DNA of 64,000 nucleotides from IMG/VR virus record IMGVR_UViG_3300035698_013326, positions 84 through 64,083 of that record. One strand, written 5' to 3'. Positions 45,383 to 57,055 of this stretch are shown one piece after another. The notes under the pieces were generated by a model. The model ran no database searches, was not told the origin of the DNA, and saw only the letters and a program-made list of their open reading frames with translations. Each line of letters begins with the position of its first letter. Positions within the stretch are counted from its first letter, which is position 1. Made by a program: the position numbers and the translations under genes. Source of the DNA: a virus. Lineage: Duplodnaviria; Caudoviricetes.

Positions 45383-47481
45383 ATGGAGGGCTTTGACTTC
45401 TGTCTTACTTCACCTAAGCGAATGCTCTGCACTCAGGAGCACATAAGGAGAGTGCTCCGGGCCATATTTGACAATCGTGTGAAGCACAATCCGTTCTTGG
45501 TTGTCCACATAAAGGAGCCCAACCACATCTATGAGGGCGTTAAGATCCAAGGCTGGTCAACAGAGTTCCATGATGAAGAGAAGAAAGAGGTGGTATTGTG
45601 TCAGCATTATCATTTAGACGTGAACAACATCAAGAAGGTAATCGTACTATGAGCGGTCTTTGTAAGGTTGTAGGACATGATTGGTTGAGTCTTGGGCCGA
45701 TTGATTTTCGAGCGCCGAAGGACATGTTTGCTATTGATAAACGTGTAGTTCAGAAGTTGCGGTATTGTGAGCGATGTCATATTTACGAAACCAAATGGAG
45801 TGATGAAAAGAAATGGGTGTCAGTATGACATATGAGGAAGCAGTTCGTGCTTTAATCGATGGAAAGACTTTGGTTTTTCGAGGTCATGGATGTCATGATT
45901 ACTTCAAAAAGGAAGGCCTCAAGATTCAGTGTTCTGGATTCCATGGTGGACGTGAGATGTTAGATCATCCGAAGTACGATTTATATACTGAGTGGTGGAA
46001 GAAAGAAGTAGAACCGTATCCTACCATGAATTTGTTCATTTTGGGAGAAGAATAATGCCGATAGTCAGAGAGAAGAAGAGATCAGTTCAGATACAATGCC
46101 AGAGCTGCAAGGAACGAACGTGGATCAAGAAGGGCTCATTGTGTCATCGAACGGACTTGTGTGGAAAATGTGTTAAGAACATTGACACAACTGCGTGGGC
46201 GAAAATGATAGAAGCGTCCGAACAAGACTGAGTGTAAAACGTATAGGAGAGAAGAAATGATTGTCAGATTAAATAACCAGACATACCGAATTCAATTCAT
46301 CAAGCAAGTGGAAAATCGAAAGCACGGAAAGACCACCATCATGACCATCTGCCGAGTGCTCAAGCACGTGGGTGAGGAAAACTTTGGCGATGGCAGTGGT
46401 GTCAGGCAGCTGTGGGAAGAGGTCAGCAGGGGCGCATCTCGTCAGAATCCTGTGGACAAGTACAGTCATCTGATTGGCAAGCGAGTCGCTCTGAGTGATG
46501 CTATGATCAAGAAGCTTACTCCACAAATCGTAGATGAACTTTGCATGAACGAGCTGCTTGATGTCGCACACTTGCCTGATGCATTGTATTATTTCGACCG
46601 TGTTGAGCGAAGCATATTCGCCCAAGCGCTGGAGGCTGAGTTTGTCCAGAGCACATAAACTATACTGCATCTGTTGTGGGGCAAGTTGTGAAGTTTGTGG
46701 AGCCAAGATGGACAAATACAACTGCCCTAAATGCCATGTCTATGGTGATGTAAGTTCTGGTAGATACGTCACTTGGGAGCAATATGAGGAGAACCAGAAT
46801 GAACGAACGGCTTGTAGTTGAATACGATGACATTATCCATTTGTTCGCTTCATTAGGTTTTTCTGGAAAAGCTCCCCCAAAGCCGACAGTGTTCCAAAAA
46901 GCGATCCAAGGTGAGGGCGGACGAGGAGTCCAAGCTATGTCGGCAGCAGCTGCGGATTATTACTTTCAAAATCTTAAGGATTGGTGCAAGACCACCATAA
47001 CCAGAGACGGAGAGAGTAAAGTGCGAGCGCGATTCTATCAATTGTTTGAGCAGGGAATCCTGGAGTTCTTCCAAGAGAATCGTCCTCCGGATGATGGGCT
47101 GACAACCAAGACAGCAATGATCCTCATGGTCTGGGACGGACTAGAATATCAGGACCACCGAGAGATCGGGAACATCATAGATGATCCATTCATTATTGAC
47201 GGAAAGTGACAATGGTTGACATGAGTGCATTCAATTGCCTAGATTGTGGTGTGAATACAAGTGAAATCGAGGAGTACTACATGCTCCATGATCGTGTGTG
47301 GAGAAGTGTCACGAACCAAAATGAACGATACGGCATGCTTTGTCTTGGATGTATAGAGAGGCGGTTAGGTAGATTGCTCGAACCTACAGATTTCGCTGAT
47401 GTGGCACTCAACAACAGAAAATCACTCTCCAAACATGGCAGTGAACGAATGCTAGATAGACTCAAAGAGGGATCGAAATGA
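45383..47481 (+). other. Run of about 8 small overlapping hypothetical CDSs (e.g. 45383-45652, 45649-45828, 45825-46055, 46055-46231, 46257-46658, 46799-47209, 47206-47481), several with CxxC pairs
   Basis: Coupled start/stop codons; no recognisable function. Confidence 0.6.
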
Positions 47482-48497
47482 AAGAAGACAGCTCATTCTA
47501 CTACGTGATTCCAGCCAAGGTCATGCATGCTGAGGCGCTGGATTGGTCACACAAGTGCCTATATGCTCAGATAGCTGGACTGGCGAAGAAGGAGGGCTAT
47601 TGCTGGGCCTCCAACAGCTACCTAGCAAATCTGAACAAGGTGAGTGAGCGACAGATTCAGAGAATCCTCCAAAAGCTGATTGAAGAGGGCTTCATCAAGA
47701 CAGATCTGGACGAGAAACAGCAACGTAGACTCTACATCGGGGCGACATGTGATATGACAGATCCGTCATATGTACATGACATATCTGTCGTGCCCCATAT
47801 AAAGGATGAATTAGTGAAGCTAACAGATGAAAGAAGTAAGGGGAAGATCACTGCTTCTGAGGACAAGAAAGACCCGATAGTACCAGCAACAGATGGATAC
47901 ATTTTGGCAGCGGCTTTACTCAAGATGATCAGACGGAACAAGAAGCATTACAGCAAGATAGCTAGGTTCTTTTCTATAGAAAAAGAGGAAGAGTCATTGC
48001 GTCGGTGGGCAAAGGACATCGATCTGCTACTTACGAGTGATGCCAAAGCCTTTGATGATGTCGTGAAGGTTCTACAGTGGTGTCAGAAGGATGAGTTCTG
48101 GCAGGGACAGATCCTATCCGGGAATAAGCTACGGAAGCAATATGAGACATTGAGGTTGGGCTCCTGTGGCGCTGTGTATGGAGTACCGCCTGCGAATCAG
48201 AACATAACAGATATGCTGGTCAAGGCCTATGGGTATCTGTGTAACAATTCGAAGTGGCAACCGAGCAGAGGACAGGTTCCGAAGTTTCTTAAGGCAACTG
48301 ATCGTGTTATAGCGTTCATCGACCTACATAGTGACAGGGGCCTGACTCCGGAAGAATTGATCAAGCATTTGAGAAACTGTCTCCAGGAAACGTTCCGGGA
48401 GAAGGGCGAGATTGTACATCCAGGTCATCTAAATAGTGAATACACGTGGGATGTGCTCTTGCCACAATATTTAGAAAATGTGATAGGAGCCTTATGA
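47478..48497 (+). CDS. Putative replication initiator (N-terminal wHTH)
   Basis: YYVIPA.V...L....K.LY..I..L....GYCWASN.YLA...VSERQIQR...L...GFI; D.FW...I.S..KLR..Y..L. Confidence 0.8.
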   Translation: MKEDSSFYYVIPAKVMHAEALDWSHKCLYAQIAGLAKKEGYCWASNSYLANLNKVSERQIQRILQKLIEEGFIKTDLDEKQQRRLYIGATCDMTDPSYVHDISVVPHIKDELVKLTDERSKGKITASEDKKDPIVPATDGYILAAALLKMIRRNKKHYSKIARFFSIEKEEESLRRWAKDIDLLLTSDAKAFDDVVKVLQWCQKDEFWQGQILSGNKLRKQYETLRLGSCGAVYGVPPANQNITDMLVKAYGYLCNNSKWQPSRGQVPKFLKATDRVIAFIDLHSDRGLTPEELIKHLRNCLQETFREKGEIVHPGHLNSEYTWDVLLPQYLENVIGAL

Positions 48498-50731
48498 TGA
48501 GTAATTTGGGAACACCAGCAATATTGGCATCAGTACCATCACCTGATTCTGAAGATTTGGGTGATGTGAGACGTGAGCTGAGAAGTCTGGAGCGGCGGTT
48601 GATTGGGGCGCAGAGGAACTTGGAATCACTGTATGATGAGCTTGCGAGGGCGCTAGTTCAGAGTATACCCGAAAAGCCACTCCCTGAGGCCCCAAATGAT
48701 CCTATGACCGAGTTGGGTCATGTAGTTCGAGTACAGGTGATTCGAATTGAGGTTCTCGATGATTTGATTCAGAACATGCGAGAGCGTCTGTCTATTTGAT
48801 GGGCTTTGTGGGAGATAAATGATGGACTTAGCAATGATAGGTCTACTGATTTGGTTTGTAGCAAGTTTGGTGATCTTCGCGGGAATCTTCGTCGGGAGGA
48901 AGTGGCCGAAGATTCAGGATAAGATGATAACTGGATCTATCATTGCTATTTGCTTTGCTGGCTTACTGATGGTGTGTCATGCTGTGAGGGCATTCATGAT
49001 TGTGTGGAAGGAAGTGCAATGAAGTACTTTGTATACAGTTCGTGGGATGGATTTGAGTTGTTCGAGACTGAGCAGGAAGCTAAGGAACATGCTGAAGGTA
49101 TTCTGCAAGTGGAGCAGGATAACTCCGGCGATGGGTGGCATCCGGATGTTTTGAAGCTCTGCTGGGGATTGCTGAAGGAGCGCACTGTTCAGACGAACGT
49201 TCGACAGAAGGCGGATGAATGCATGTGTGGCGAATCAGAGTATGGCTATGATGATTGTGATTGGCCGGATCATGATTGGGATTTCATATGTGATTTTGAG
49301 TTGGAGGAGGCAGAATGATTGATACGCCTGAGAGAATTACATTGAGGAAATTCCTGGAGGAGATGAGTACATTCCGGGAAGTGATGGGCTCCACGAAGTA
49401 TACATTGGAGCAGAAGCGGGATGCGTTCAATAACATCTTAATTTTGGCTCTGCGGGTGGAAACCAAGACTCTAGAGGAGGAGAACACAGTTCAGACGGCC
49501 ATCGATATGATGGCGATTGAGGTGCCACCGGAGATTATTCCGGAGCGACTGTTCTATGAGGAAATGGGCATGTTAGGCACACAAACTGGTCGATCATCGT
49601 GTAAAGCACCGAACAAATCAAATGGACCTAAGTGTGTGGGGAATGATGAGTGAGACGACAGAAAATCTTGCACGATTGTTGGGCATACCTATGTCTCAGC
49701 CGGAGATTATTCCGGATTGTGAAATCTGTCACCATCCTATGGGCATAGCTTCAGGTGGAGATTTGTGGATATGTAAAAATCTCAACTGTCCAGGATGGCG
49801 CGCCACGAGCATGTGCTTTACTTTGCCTCGTGTTTATCCGGGAAGCACTGAACAAAGCTAACGTATCAGACGTATAGGAGGCATCATGGGAAAGATACCA
49901 GCAGCTTGGATAGTGCCATATTATGTACAGGTCAAGGGTCAGGATCGTCAGGAGTGGGTTGGATCTTGTGTGGCCTGTCGATGTAAGTTTTTTGGTGAGT
50001 ATGCCAGAGAGCGACATATGCAAATGCCAAGACATCAGGCTATGCTAAGGAAGTGGTTGAATGCTTGTCGCATGGCTGGCATGGATGCTCCACCCGTGAT
50101 TAATTTTGTTGTATAGGAGGAGAAGATGGGAAATGAATTGAATGAGCGCCTCATTAATGAATTGAATGAGCGCTTCATTGATTTGATCAAGTGGGGAATG
50201 TCAGAGGGTCAGGGCTCTAGCGCTTTGTCCATGGTTCGAGATAGGCCGTATGATGGTCAGCCACATACGGACAATGAGATTCGTGGAAAGCAGATGGTTG
50301 AGGGTCTTACAATGCGAGATATAACGGATTGTATTGTGATGGGGTTTTTAGATGCTGGAGGAATTAAACGAGAGTGCCCTATTCATGATGATATCTACAC
50401 CATTGAGAAGGAGCTTGATTTTGGAGCTGTGATTCAAAATGTCTCATGTCACATTGAAAAGATGATGGGAATTTTTCCTAACCTTCCTAACCTTCCTAAC
50501 CTTCCTAAGTAGGAGAAAAGGATGAGACATTTAAGTTTGATACGTGTGTGTCTTGATCTGCCTGATGATGTGAAAGAGGCAATGCCTTTTGATGAGGATG
50601 AGACTCTGTGTTTTCTAGGGGAGATTCCCAATATGGAAGGTCATTGTGTGGTTATAAGCTGCACTACTAAGAAAGTCCATATTGGGTATCATGTGAATGA
50701 TTTTGTGGAGCTGACAGAAGAGGAGTTGTAA
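48494..50731 (+). other. Run of small hypothetical CDSs (48494-48799, 48819-49022 membrane, 49019-49318, 49315-49653, 49646-49861, 49886-50116, 50126-50512, 50522-50731)
   Basis: RBS-bearing, tightly packed ORFs. Confidence 0.6.
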
Positions 50732-50732
50732 T

Positions 50733-52100
50733 ATGAAGAAGAATGATGTTCTGAGTCAACGGATACAAGATGACTTTTTGTATCTGTGTATCACGAGTAC
50801 TGATTTTCTGAAGATGGCACACACAGCAATCAAGCCTGAGCATTTTTCATCATCAGTCACAAAGGAATTAGTACAATTGTGCTATGGATACTTCATGCAA
50901 TTCAATGAGGCTCCGAGCCAGCACTTTCATGATGAGCTGACGTCTCTTTTGGAAACGAAGGATGAGGATAAGAGGCATCATTTCTTGACCTATGTGAACA
51001 GGGTCAACGAGATGGAAGAACCAAACCATGCCTATGTAGTGTCTCGGATTAACTCGTTTGTTCAGGCACGTGAGTTCGAGTTGGCGGTGGTCAAGAGTAT
51101 GAAGTTGGCGCAGATGGGTAAGTTGGATTTGGCACGTGAGACGATGCAGTCTTCTTTGCGGGTAGGGGTGCAGAAAGAGGAGTCTGGGGTCAGGTTTTTT
51201 GAGACTGATTTGCCATCATATCTAAGGCCAGATAGGGCGAATGAGCCCATTCTTTCATTAGGCCTGGAGCATCTGGATGAGATTCTAAGACGTCCTATGT
51301 CACGGACAGATTTGGTTTGTGTCTTCGGTGGCTTCAAGGGTAAGAAGTCGTTCTCACTGGTTTACTTTGGAATTCGGGCGATGATGCGTGGGTTGAAGGT
51401 ACTCCATGTGACACATGAGTTGTCGTTGGAAGATACAGAGGAGCGGTATGATCAAGGTCTTGGTTGTTTGACCAAAGATCCGGCTTTGGCACGTGATGGT
51501 GTGGAATTTGAGGACATTGATGATGAGGGGACTGTGTTGCAAATTAAGACCCTTCATCCAGGATGTACAAAGGATCTGGAGACAGTGCGACAGGTGCGAA
51601 AGACTACATCGAGGTTTGGTGGTGATTTGATCATCAAGAAGTATCCGATGGGAACTTGTACCATGGGGGAGTTGAGGCGTTACATTGAGTATTTGGAGAT
51701 GTATGAGAACTTCATTCCAGATGTGGTGATCAATGATTATCCAGAAAAGATGAAGCTTCCTCCGTCTGAGAAGAGAAATGATATAATCAATGATATGTAT
51801 CTGGATTGCAAGGGTCTCGCGGATGAGAAGAAGTTTCTCATGATCATTGCAAGTCAGGTGACAAGGGATGCGTTGAAAAGGCCTAAGTTGCGACAGGGTG
51901 ATTCGGCTGAGGACATTCGGAAGATTGGGAATGTTGATCTGGCTATCGGTATCTCTCAGATGGGTGATAGTGGAAACAGGATGTGTGCTTATGTGATGGC
52001 GAACCGGCATGGTCCTCAAAATGTGGGTTGTCTTTTTGCTCAGAACTTGGACCTTGGTCAGTTCTGCTACCAGACCTACCCGATGAAAAGGAAAGATTAG
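50733..52100 (+). CDS. Replicative DnaB/gp41-like helicase
   Basis: Walker A-like GGFKGKKS, THELS, DVVINDY, ASQV.R, AED..K, NRHG. Confidence 0.85.
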   Translation: MKKNDVLSQRIQDDFLYLCITSTDFLKMAHTAIKPEHFSSSVTKELVQLCYGYFMQFNEAPSQHFHDELTSLLETKDEDKRHHFLTYVNRVNEMEEPNHAYVVSRINSFVQAREFELAVVKSMKLAQMGKLDLARETMQSSLRVGVQKEESGVRFFETDLPSYLRPDRANEPILSLGLEHLDEILRRPMSRTDLVCVFGGFKGKKSFSLVYFGIRAMMRGLKVLHVTHELSLEDTEERYDQGLGCLTKDPALARDGVEFEDIDDEGTVLQIKTLHPGCTKDLETVRQVRKTTSRFGGDLIIKKYPMGTCTMGELRRYIEYLEMYENFIPDVVINDYPEKMKLPPSEKRNDIINDMYLDCKGLADEKKFLMIIASQVTRDALKRPKLRQGDSAEDIRKIGNVDLAIGISQMGDSGNRMCAYVMANRHGPQNVGCLFAQNLDLGQFCYQTYPMKRKD

Positions 52101-52108
52101 GGGTTGAC

Positions 52109-52609
52109 ATGAGTGATTTTATTGAAAGTCCATTACTTGCAGATTCACCGGACTACCTTGTGGAGGCCTATGCTGATTATGTGAAAGCATACAATGGGCT
52201 TAAGGAAGCAAAGAAGGTTTATGATGAATCTTGTGAGCATCCTTTTTTGACTGAGTGGGATAAGGCTGTAAAATATTCTAGTGTTATGGAGCCAGCGAGA
52301 CAATTATTGGGAGCGGCAACTGTAGCATTGTTGACTTGTATGGCCGATGCCCGTGGTAGTGATTTGTATGCGGGATGTTTTTAAGGGGGACATGATATGC
52401 ATTCACATGGGCATGAGATTGTGGCCATACAGCCAAGACTTGATCCTAAGTTGCGAATCAAGTATGATAGCAAGGTGGAAGTCTTTTATCTAGAAAAGAA
52501 GGGCATCTGTGGGTGGCATGCAATAGAAAGCACGATAGAGTTGAAGACTGCGCGTGTGTGGAGCATGGCTCATTTGATGGGTTGGATTTCGGAGCGATGG
52601 GGAGATTGA
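52109..52609 (+). other. Two small hypothetical CDSs (52109-52384, 52397-52609)
   Basis: ORFs with RBS between helicases. Confidence 0.55.
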
Positions 52610-54051
52610 ATTGGAAGGCGATAACAGATGAGAAGTTAGACTGGGCACTGGAGGGCTGCAATTTTAAGCGGGCTCCTCGGTGGCATCAGAAGGTGTCTAT
52701 GGTCTTTTCCTCTCAGAGGGACCGTGTGGCCTTCTGGCACCCTATTGGTAGTGGGAAGACTGCCACAGGGTATTATGTCATGGAACACATCTGGCGGTGT
52801 CCTAGGCTGCTTGTCGTGGGTCCTACGTCGTCATTTGGAGCGTGGGAGAGTAACTTGGAATGGACGGATTATGATGGTGTGATTCTATCTGGGACTATAG
52901 ATGAGAGGATCGAGAAGCTTCAAGAGAATCATAATGTGTTTGTGAGTAATTACGAGGGTTTGAAGTACATCTATGGGCGCAAGGCTGGGAATAAATGGTA
53001 CATTGATTATGATGCGTTCGTGGATGAATTTGATGGTGTCATTTTTGATGAGGCGCATAGGTGTAAGGCGTTTGATTCATTGCAGTCCAAGATTTGTTGT
53101 GAGTTGAGCAGGCAGGCGAAGCATGTGATAGGGTTGTCTGGTACGCCGTTTGATAAGAATCTCTTGGAGCTGTTTAATGTGTATAAGGCCATTGATCAGG
53201 GGCAGTGTCTTGGGTCCAATTTTTTTCGGTATCGGTTGGACAATTTCAAGAAGGGCTTCTATCAGTGGGAGGAGCGTGAGGGCTCTGAGATGAAGATCTT
53301 TGACATGGTGGCTCCGGTAACATTGGCGTTTGAAAGATCTGAGTGTGCGGATCTTCCACCGTGTAATGAGGTGGTGTGGCATGTTACTCCGAGTCAGGAG
53401 TTTCGCAAATGGGAATTGAAGATCCTCACTAAGAAGTACCTCACGATCAATGGTAATAAGGTGGACGTGCGGGAGGATTCTCAGAGGTCACACAAGTACA
53501 AGCAGATTTTGGGTGGGTACATCTATTACAAAGTTGAGGGTTGTGACGATAGGTGTATCAAGTATTTGAAGAAAAGTCCAAAAGTTGATACATTTATGGA
53601 GATTGTTTCGGATCATCCGGTCAAGATTATTGTATTTTACATGTACGATGGCGCTGATGTCATTATTCAGAAGGCTTTGGAGAAGGCCAAGATATCGTAT
53701 GTGACGATTAAGGGGGGTCAGAGTGCTAAGAAACGCAGAGCGGCAGAGATGGCTTTTCTTAATGATCCGGATGTGTCGGTGTGTGTTTGCAATACGAAGT
53801 GTGGTGGTGAGTCATGGGAAGGGTACTCAGCGGAGATTGTTGTGTTCTATGATATCCTCACCTCTCCGACCATTCGGAAGCAGTGTATCGGTCGGATGCA
53901 TAGGGATGGGCAGGAGAAGGAAACAACTGTGATTGAGTTGGTTATGCAGGGGACATTTGATGAGAGATCGAAAGAGAATCAGGGTCCTCGCGCTGATCTT
54001 CAGAAAGAGTTCAACGAATACTTGTCGGACTATGGAGGCACAGGTGGATAG
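52597..54051 (+). CDS. SNF2-family helicase
   Basis: GSGKT, NYE, DEAH, LSGTP, Q..GR.HR.GQ. Confidence 0.9.
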   Translation: MGRLNWKAITDEKLDWALEGCNFKRAPRWHQKVSMVFSSQRDRVAFWHPIGSGKTATGYYVMEHIWRCPRLLVVGPTSSFGAWESNLEWTDYDGVILSGTIDERIEKLQENHNVFVSNYEGLKYIYGRKAGNKWYIDYDAFVDEFDGVIFDEAHRCKAFDSLQSKICCELSRQAKHVIGLSGTPFDKNLLELFNVYKAIDQGQCLGSNFFRYRLDNFKKGFYQWEEREGSEMKIFDMVAPVTLAFERSECADLPPCNEVVWHVTPSQEFRKWELKILTKKYLTINGNKVDVREDSQRSHKYKQILGGYIYYKVEGCDDRCIKYLKKSPKVDTFMEIVSDHPVKIIVFYMYDGADVIIQKALEKAKISYVTIKGGQSAKKRRAAEMAFLNDPDVSVCVCNTKCGGESWEGYSAEIVVFYDILTSPTIRKQCIGRMHRDGQEKETTVIELVMQGTFDERSKENQGPRADLQKEFNEYLSDYGGTGG

Positions 54052-54530
54052 CAGAGAGATTCCAGATTTTCCTGGGTATTTGGGTCTATGAGGATGGGCA
54101 AGTTTGGTCTGATCCAAAGGGCACTAATATTTCTGGTAAATTTCTTAGTGTTAATTGTGATGAAAATGGATATGGGTTAAATTGCAGTGGTAAGAGGTAT
54201 ACACGGAAGGCTCATCGTCTTGTTCTTGAAGCTTTTGTATATTCACGTCCAGAAGGAATGGAATGTCGTCATTTGGATGGTAATAAGCGGAATAATCATG
54301 TATCTAATTTGTGTTGGGGAACTAGGGCAGAGAATGTTGCTGATAAGCAGAGACACGGAACTATGGTGAGGGGAAGTAAGCATAAGTTAGCAAAGTTGAC
54401 AGAACAAGATGTGATGGAAATTCGTGATTTAATGAGGGGACCATATTCTCAACGAAAAGTTGGTGAGATGTATGGTATTTGTCGTCAACAGGTGACTAAA
54501 ATTAAGAGTAGGAGGCAATGGAATGGCTAA
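54044..54530 (+). pseudogene. NUMOD4-HNH endonuclease with a +1 frameshift near 54080
   Basis: EIPDFPGY ends at TGA 54089; continues in +1 frame VYEDGQVWS...HRLVLEAF...CRHLDGNKRNN..SNL.WGT. Confidence 0.7.
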
Positions 54531-55362
54531 GAAGAAACGTGGACAGAAGTTCAAGACGAGACGTCCGTTCAATCGGGAAGAAGCATTTCCTAAGAAGGCG
54601 GCTCAGAAGAATATGGCAGAGGAAATGGTCTTGTTTCAGACCATGGTGATGAGTATTAGTCGTGCGTTTCCGGATCGTGATGAGCGGATGGAATACATTC
54701 GGGTGTTGATTGATGGTTTGACACGTGATTTGACAATGGAGGATGAGGAAGATGGCACATGCAGTGATACAGATGTTGAAGGGAGCGAAGAAGAAGCTGG
54801 AGAAGGCGAAAGCGAGTGCGCAGAGTTTGACGGGCCTGAAATTGGTTGAGGTGGCTGATGCTCTGGTGCAGATTTGTGAACATCAGGAACAGATGATTGA
54901 GGTTCTGAAGAAGCGCATCAATGATCTTCAGGAATAGGAGAGAAAATGTTCGTGCTACAAGAGTGGTTGGGTGATGTTGGATGCAAGCAGCAGTCGATCT
55001 TGATGAGTGGCTTTCGTAGTCCGGATCACAATACTGTGGCAATCAAGAAGTGTGTGAGGTGGTTGCGGGGCAGGTGTCAAGTCAATGCTGATCCGTCGAA
55101 GCAGAGCTATATGAAGGACATCCCTATGAATTATGGCCTGCTTGATGAGGCTATTGGGGAGTTGGAGTACTGTGCGGTCCATTATGTTCATCACTTTGCT
55201 GACAGTTTTGCTGTGGTTGCGTTCAATCATCCGGACCACATAACAAGGTGTTTCGCTAAGTATCTCTATGATCAAGTGGCTGAGGAGAAGTTTCATTTTC
55301 ATCCGATGACGAAAGATGAGTTCCTTCATCGTCATCGTGATAAGTTCAAGAAGCGTGGATAA
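54523..55362 (+). other. Hypothetical CDSs 54523-54849, 54743-54937 and 54946-55362
   Basis: ORFs with RBS; no function recognised. Confidence 0.55.
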
Positions 55363-55383
55363 TTTTCAGAATAGGAGAAAGAT

Positions 55384-56640
55384 ATGCTGACAAGTGCAGA
55401 GTCAAACAATGCGATTGTGGTGGAGTTGCAGAACGTGCGGCCACATCCGAATGCTGACAGACTCCAGTTGGCCACTGTGGTTGGTGATCAGGTGGTGGTT
55501 GGTTTGGATGCAAGGGATGGTGACATTGGGGTGTATTTCGACAGCAACCTGCGCCTGTCTCCGGACTTTCTACGGCTCAATAATCTGTACTCAAATTCAG
55601 AGATGAATGTGGATGACAGTGTCAAGGGCTACTTCGGGAAGAATGGAAGAGTTCGGGCGCAGAAGTTCCGTGGTGCGATGTCGAATGGATATATTGCCAC
55701 CATCCAGTCTATTCAGAAATTGGTTGGGGCAGTGAGTGGTATGGGCCTTATGTCGTACCTTAGCGTGGGTGACGAATTTACCCACGTGAATGGTGTGAAT
55801 GTCTGTGAGAAGTATGTGGTTCCTTGCAAGTCTCCTGGTGCCATTGGGTCTCGTACAAAGAGAGTGCGAGTGCCTGTGTCAGAGATGTTCTGGAAGCATT
55901 GGGACACGAAGCAATTGCTTCGAGAGTATCACCGTATTCCGACTGGTGTGGTGTACATTGAGGAGAAGATCCATGGGACATCAGCGCGTACCGGGAATGT
56001 GCTCTTCAAGACACAACGTCCGTGGTGGAAGTTTTGGGCTCCGAAGGAGACTGAGGAGTGGGGAGTGGTTAGTGGGACTCGTCGGGTGGACAGCATTCGA
56101 GCGCACCTTCATGGGGCACGGCAGGAGGTTGAGGATAAGGTTCGTCCTCACCTGAAGAAGGGTGAGCAGATCTATTACGAGATCTTCGGCCACAGTTTGA
56201 GTGGGGCTGAGATCCAGGGTGGTTACTCTTATGGGTGTGCGGGTGGTCAGTATCGTGTGATCTTGTACAGAGTGACAGTGACGACTCCGGATGGTTTCTG
56301 TGTGGATCTATCGAGACCAGCAGTTTACCAGCGTGCGGTGGAATTGGGGTTGGAGATGCCTCCGTTGTTGGGTGTGGGACTCTATCATGCTGAGGAGCAG
56401 GTGGTGTCTGGTTTGGATGTGTGGACGTTCCAGTACAAGAATATGAACTTGGAAGGGTTGAAGGGGCAGGTTAAGGGCAAGTCTACTCTGGATGCAAGTA
56501 CACTCCTGGAGGGTGTGGTGGTCTGGTTCTTGGATGATTATGGCAAATGGAGATGCCTTAAGCTCAAGAGTGATGAGTTTTTGCTCAAGGAAGACAAGCA
56601 ACGTGAGAAGGGCATCGGTGACGTAGAAGATAATCAATAG
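55384..56640 (+). CDS. RNA ligase, DRB0094/Rnl2-like, with N-terminal OB domain
   Basis: PHPNADRL..A.V...VVV, KFRG.MS.G, EEKIHGTS, YYEIFG, EGVV, LKLKS..FL. Confidence 0.88.
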   Translation: MLTSAESNNAIVVELQNVRPHPNADRLQLATVVGDQVVVGLDARDGDIGVYFDSNLRLSPDFLRLNNLYSNSEMNVDDSVKGYFGKNGRVRAQKFRGAMSNGYIATIQSIQKLVGAVSGMGLMSYLSVGDEFTHVNGVNVCEKYVVPCKSPGAIGSRTKRVRVPVSEMFWKHWDTKQLLREYHRIPTGVVYIEEKIHGTSARTGNVLFKTQRPWWKFWAPKETEEWGVVSGTRRVDSIRAHLHGARQEVEDKVRPHLKKGEQIYYEIFGHSLSGAEIQGGYSYGCAGGQYRVILYRVTVTTPDGFCVDLSRPAVYQRAVELGLEMPPLLGVGLYHAEEQVVSGLDVWTFQYKNMNLEGLKGQVKGKSTLDASTLLEGVVVWFLDDYGKWRCLKLKSDEFLLKEDKQREKGIGDVEDNQ

Positions 56641-56650
56641 GAGGATATTT

Positions 56651-56890
56651 ATGAGCTTTTCTGATCCTGCTCAGGTGGATTTGTTAAATGAACGAGCGAT
56701 AGTGCAACATATCAGAGACATGTTGAATTTGCATGATTTGATAGATGGTGGGATCGAGGAGAAATTGGAGGAATTTCGAAAGCGGTTGTTGAGTGTGGGG
56801 TGGAGTAGGGATCGTGTGCATGTTCTTGAAATGAGGGCGTCTCATAATACAAGGTATGAGCGCCTTATACCACCACCAATTGTGAGGTAG
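56651..56890 (+). CDS. Hypothetical protein
   Basis: GGAGG RBS; 79 aa. Confidence 0.6.
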   Translation: MSFSDPAQVDLLNERAIVQHIRDMLNLHDLIDGGIEEKLEEFRKRLLSVGWSRDRVHVLEMRASHNTRYERLIPPPIVR

Positions 56891-57055
56891 GTTATGTATA
56901 GATGTAAGCATACTGGAAGTTGGTTGGCTGCGGTATTTTTCGATAGGGGCGGAAATCTCATGAAGTTTTTGTGTGCCTATGTGAATGGTGAGGTTTATTT
57001 CTGTATGGGTGTTGGTTGAAGAATACAGGGAATGGATGGCGCAGGGTGGGACGAA

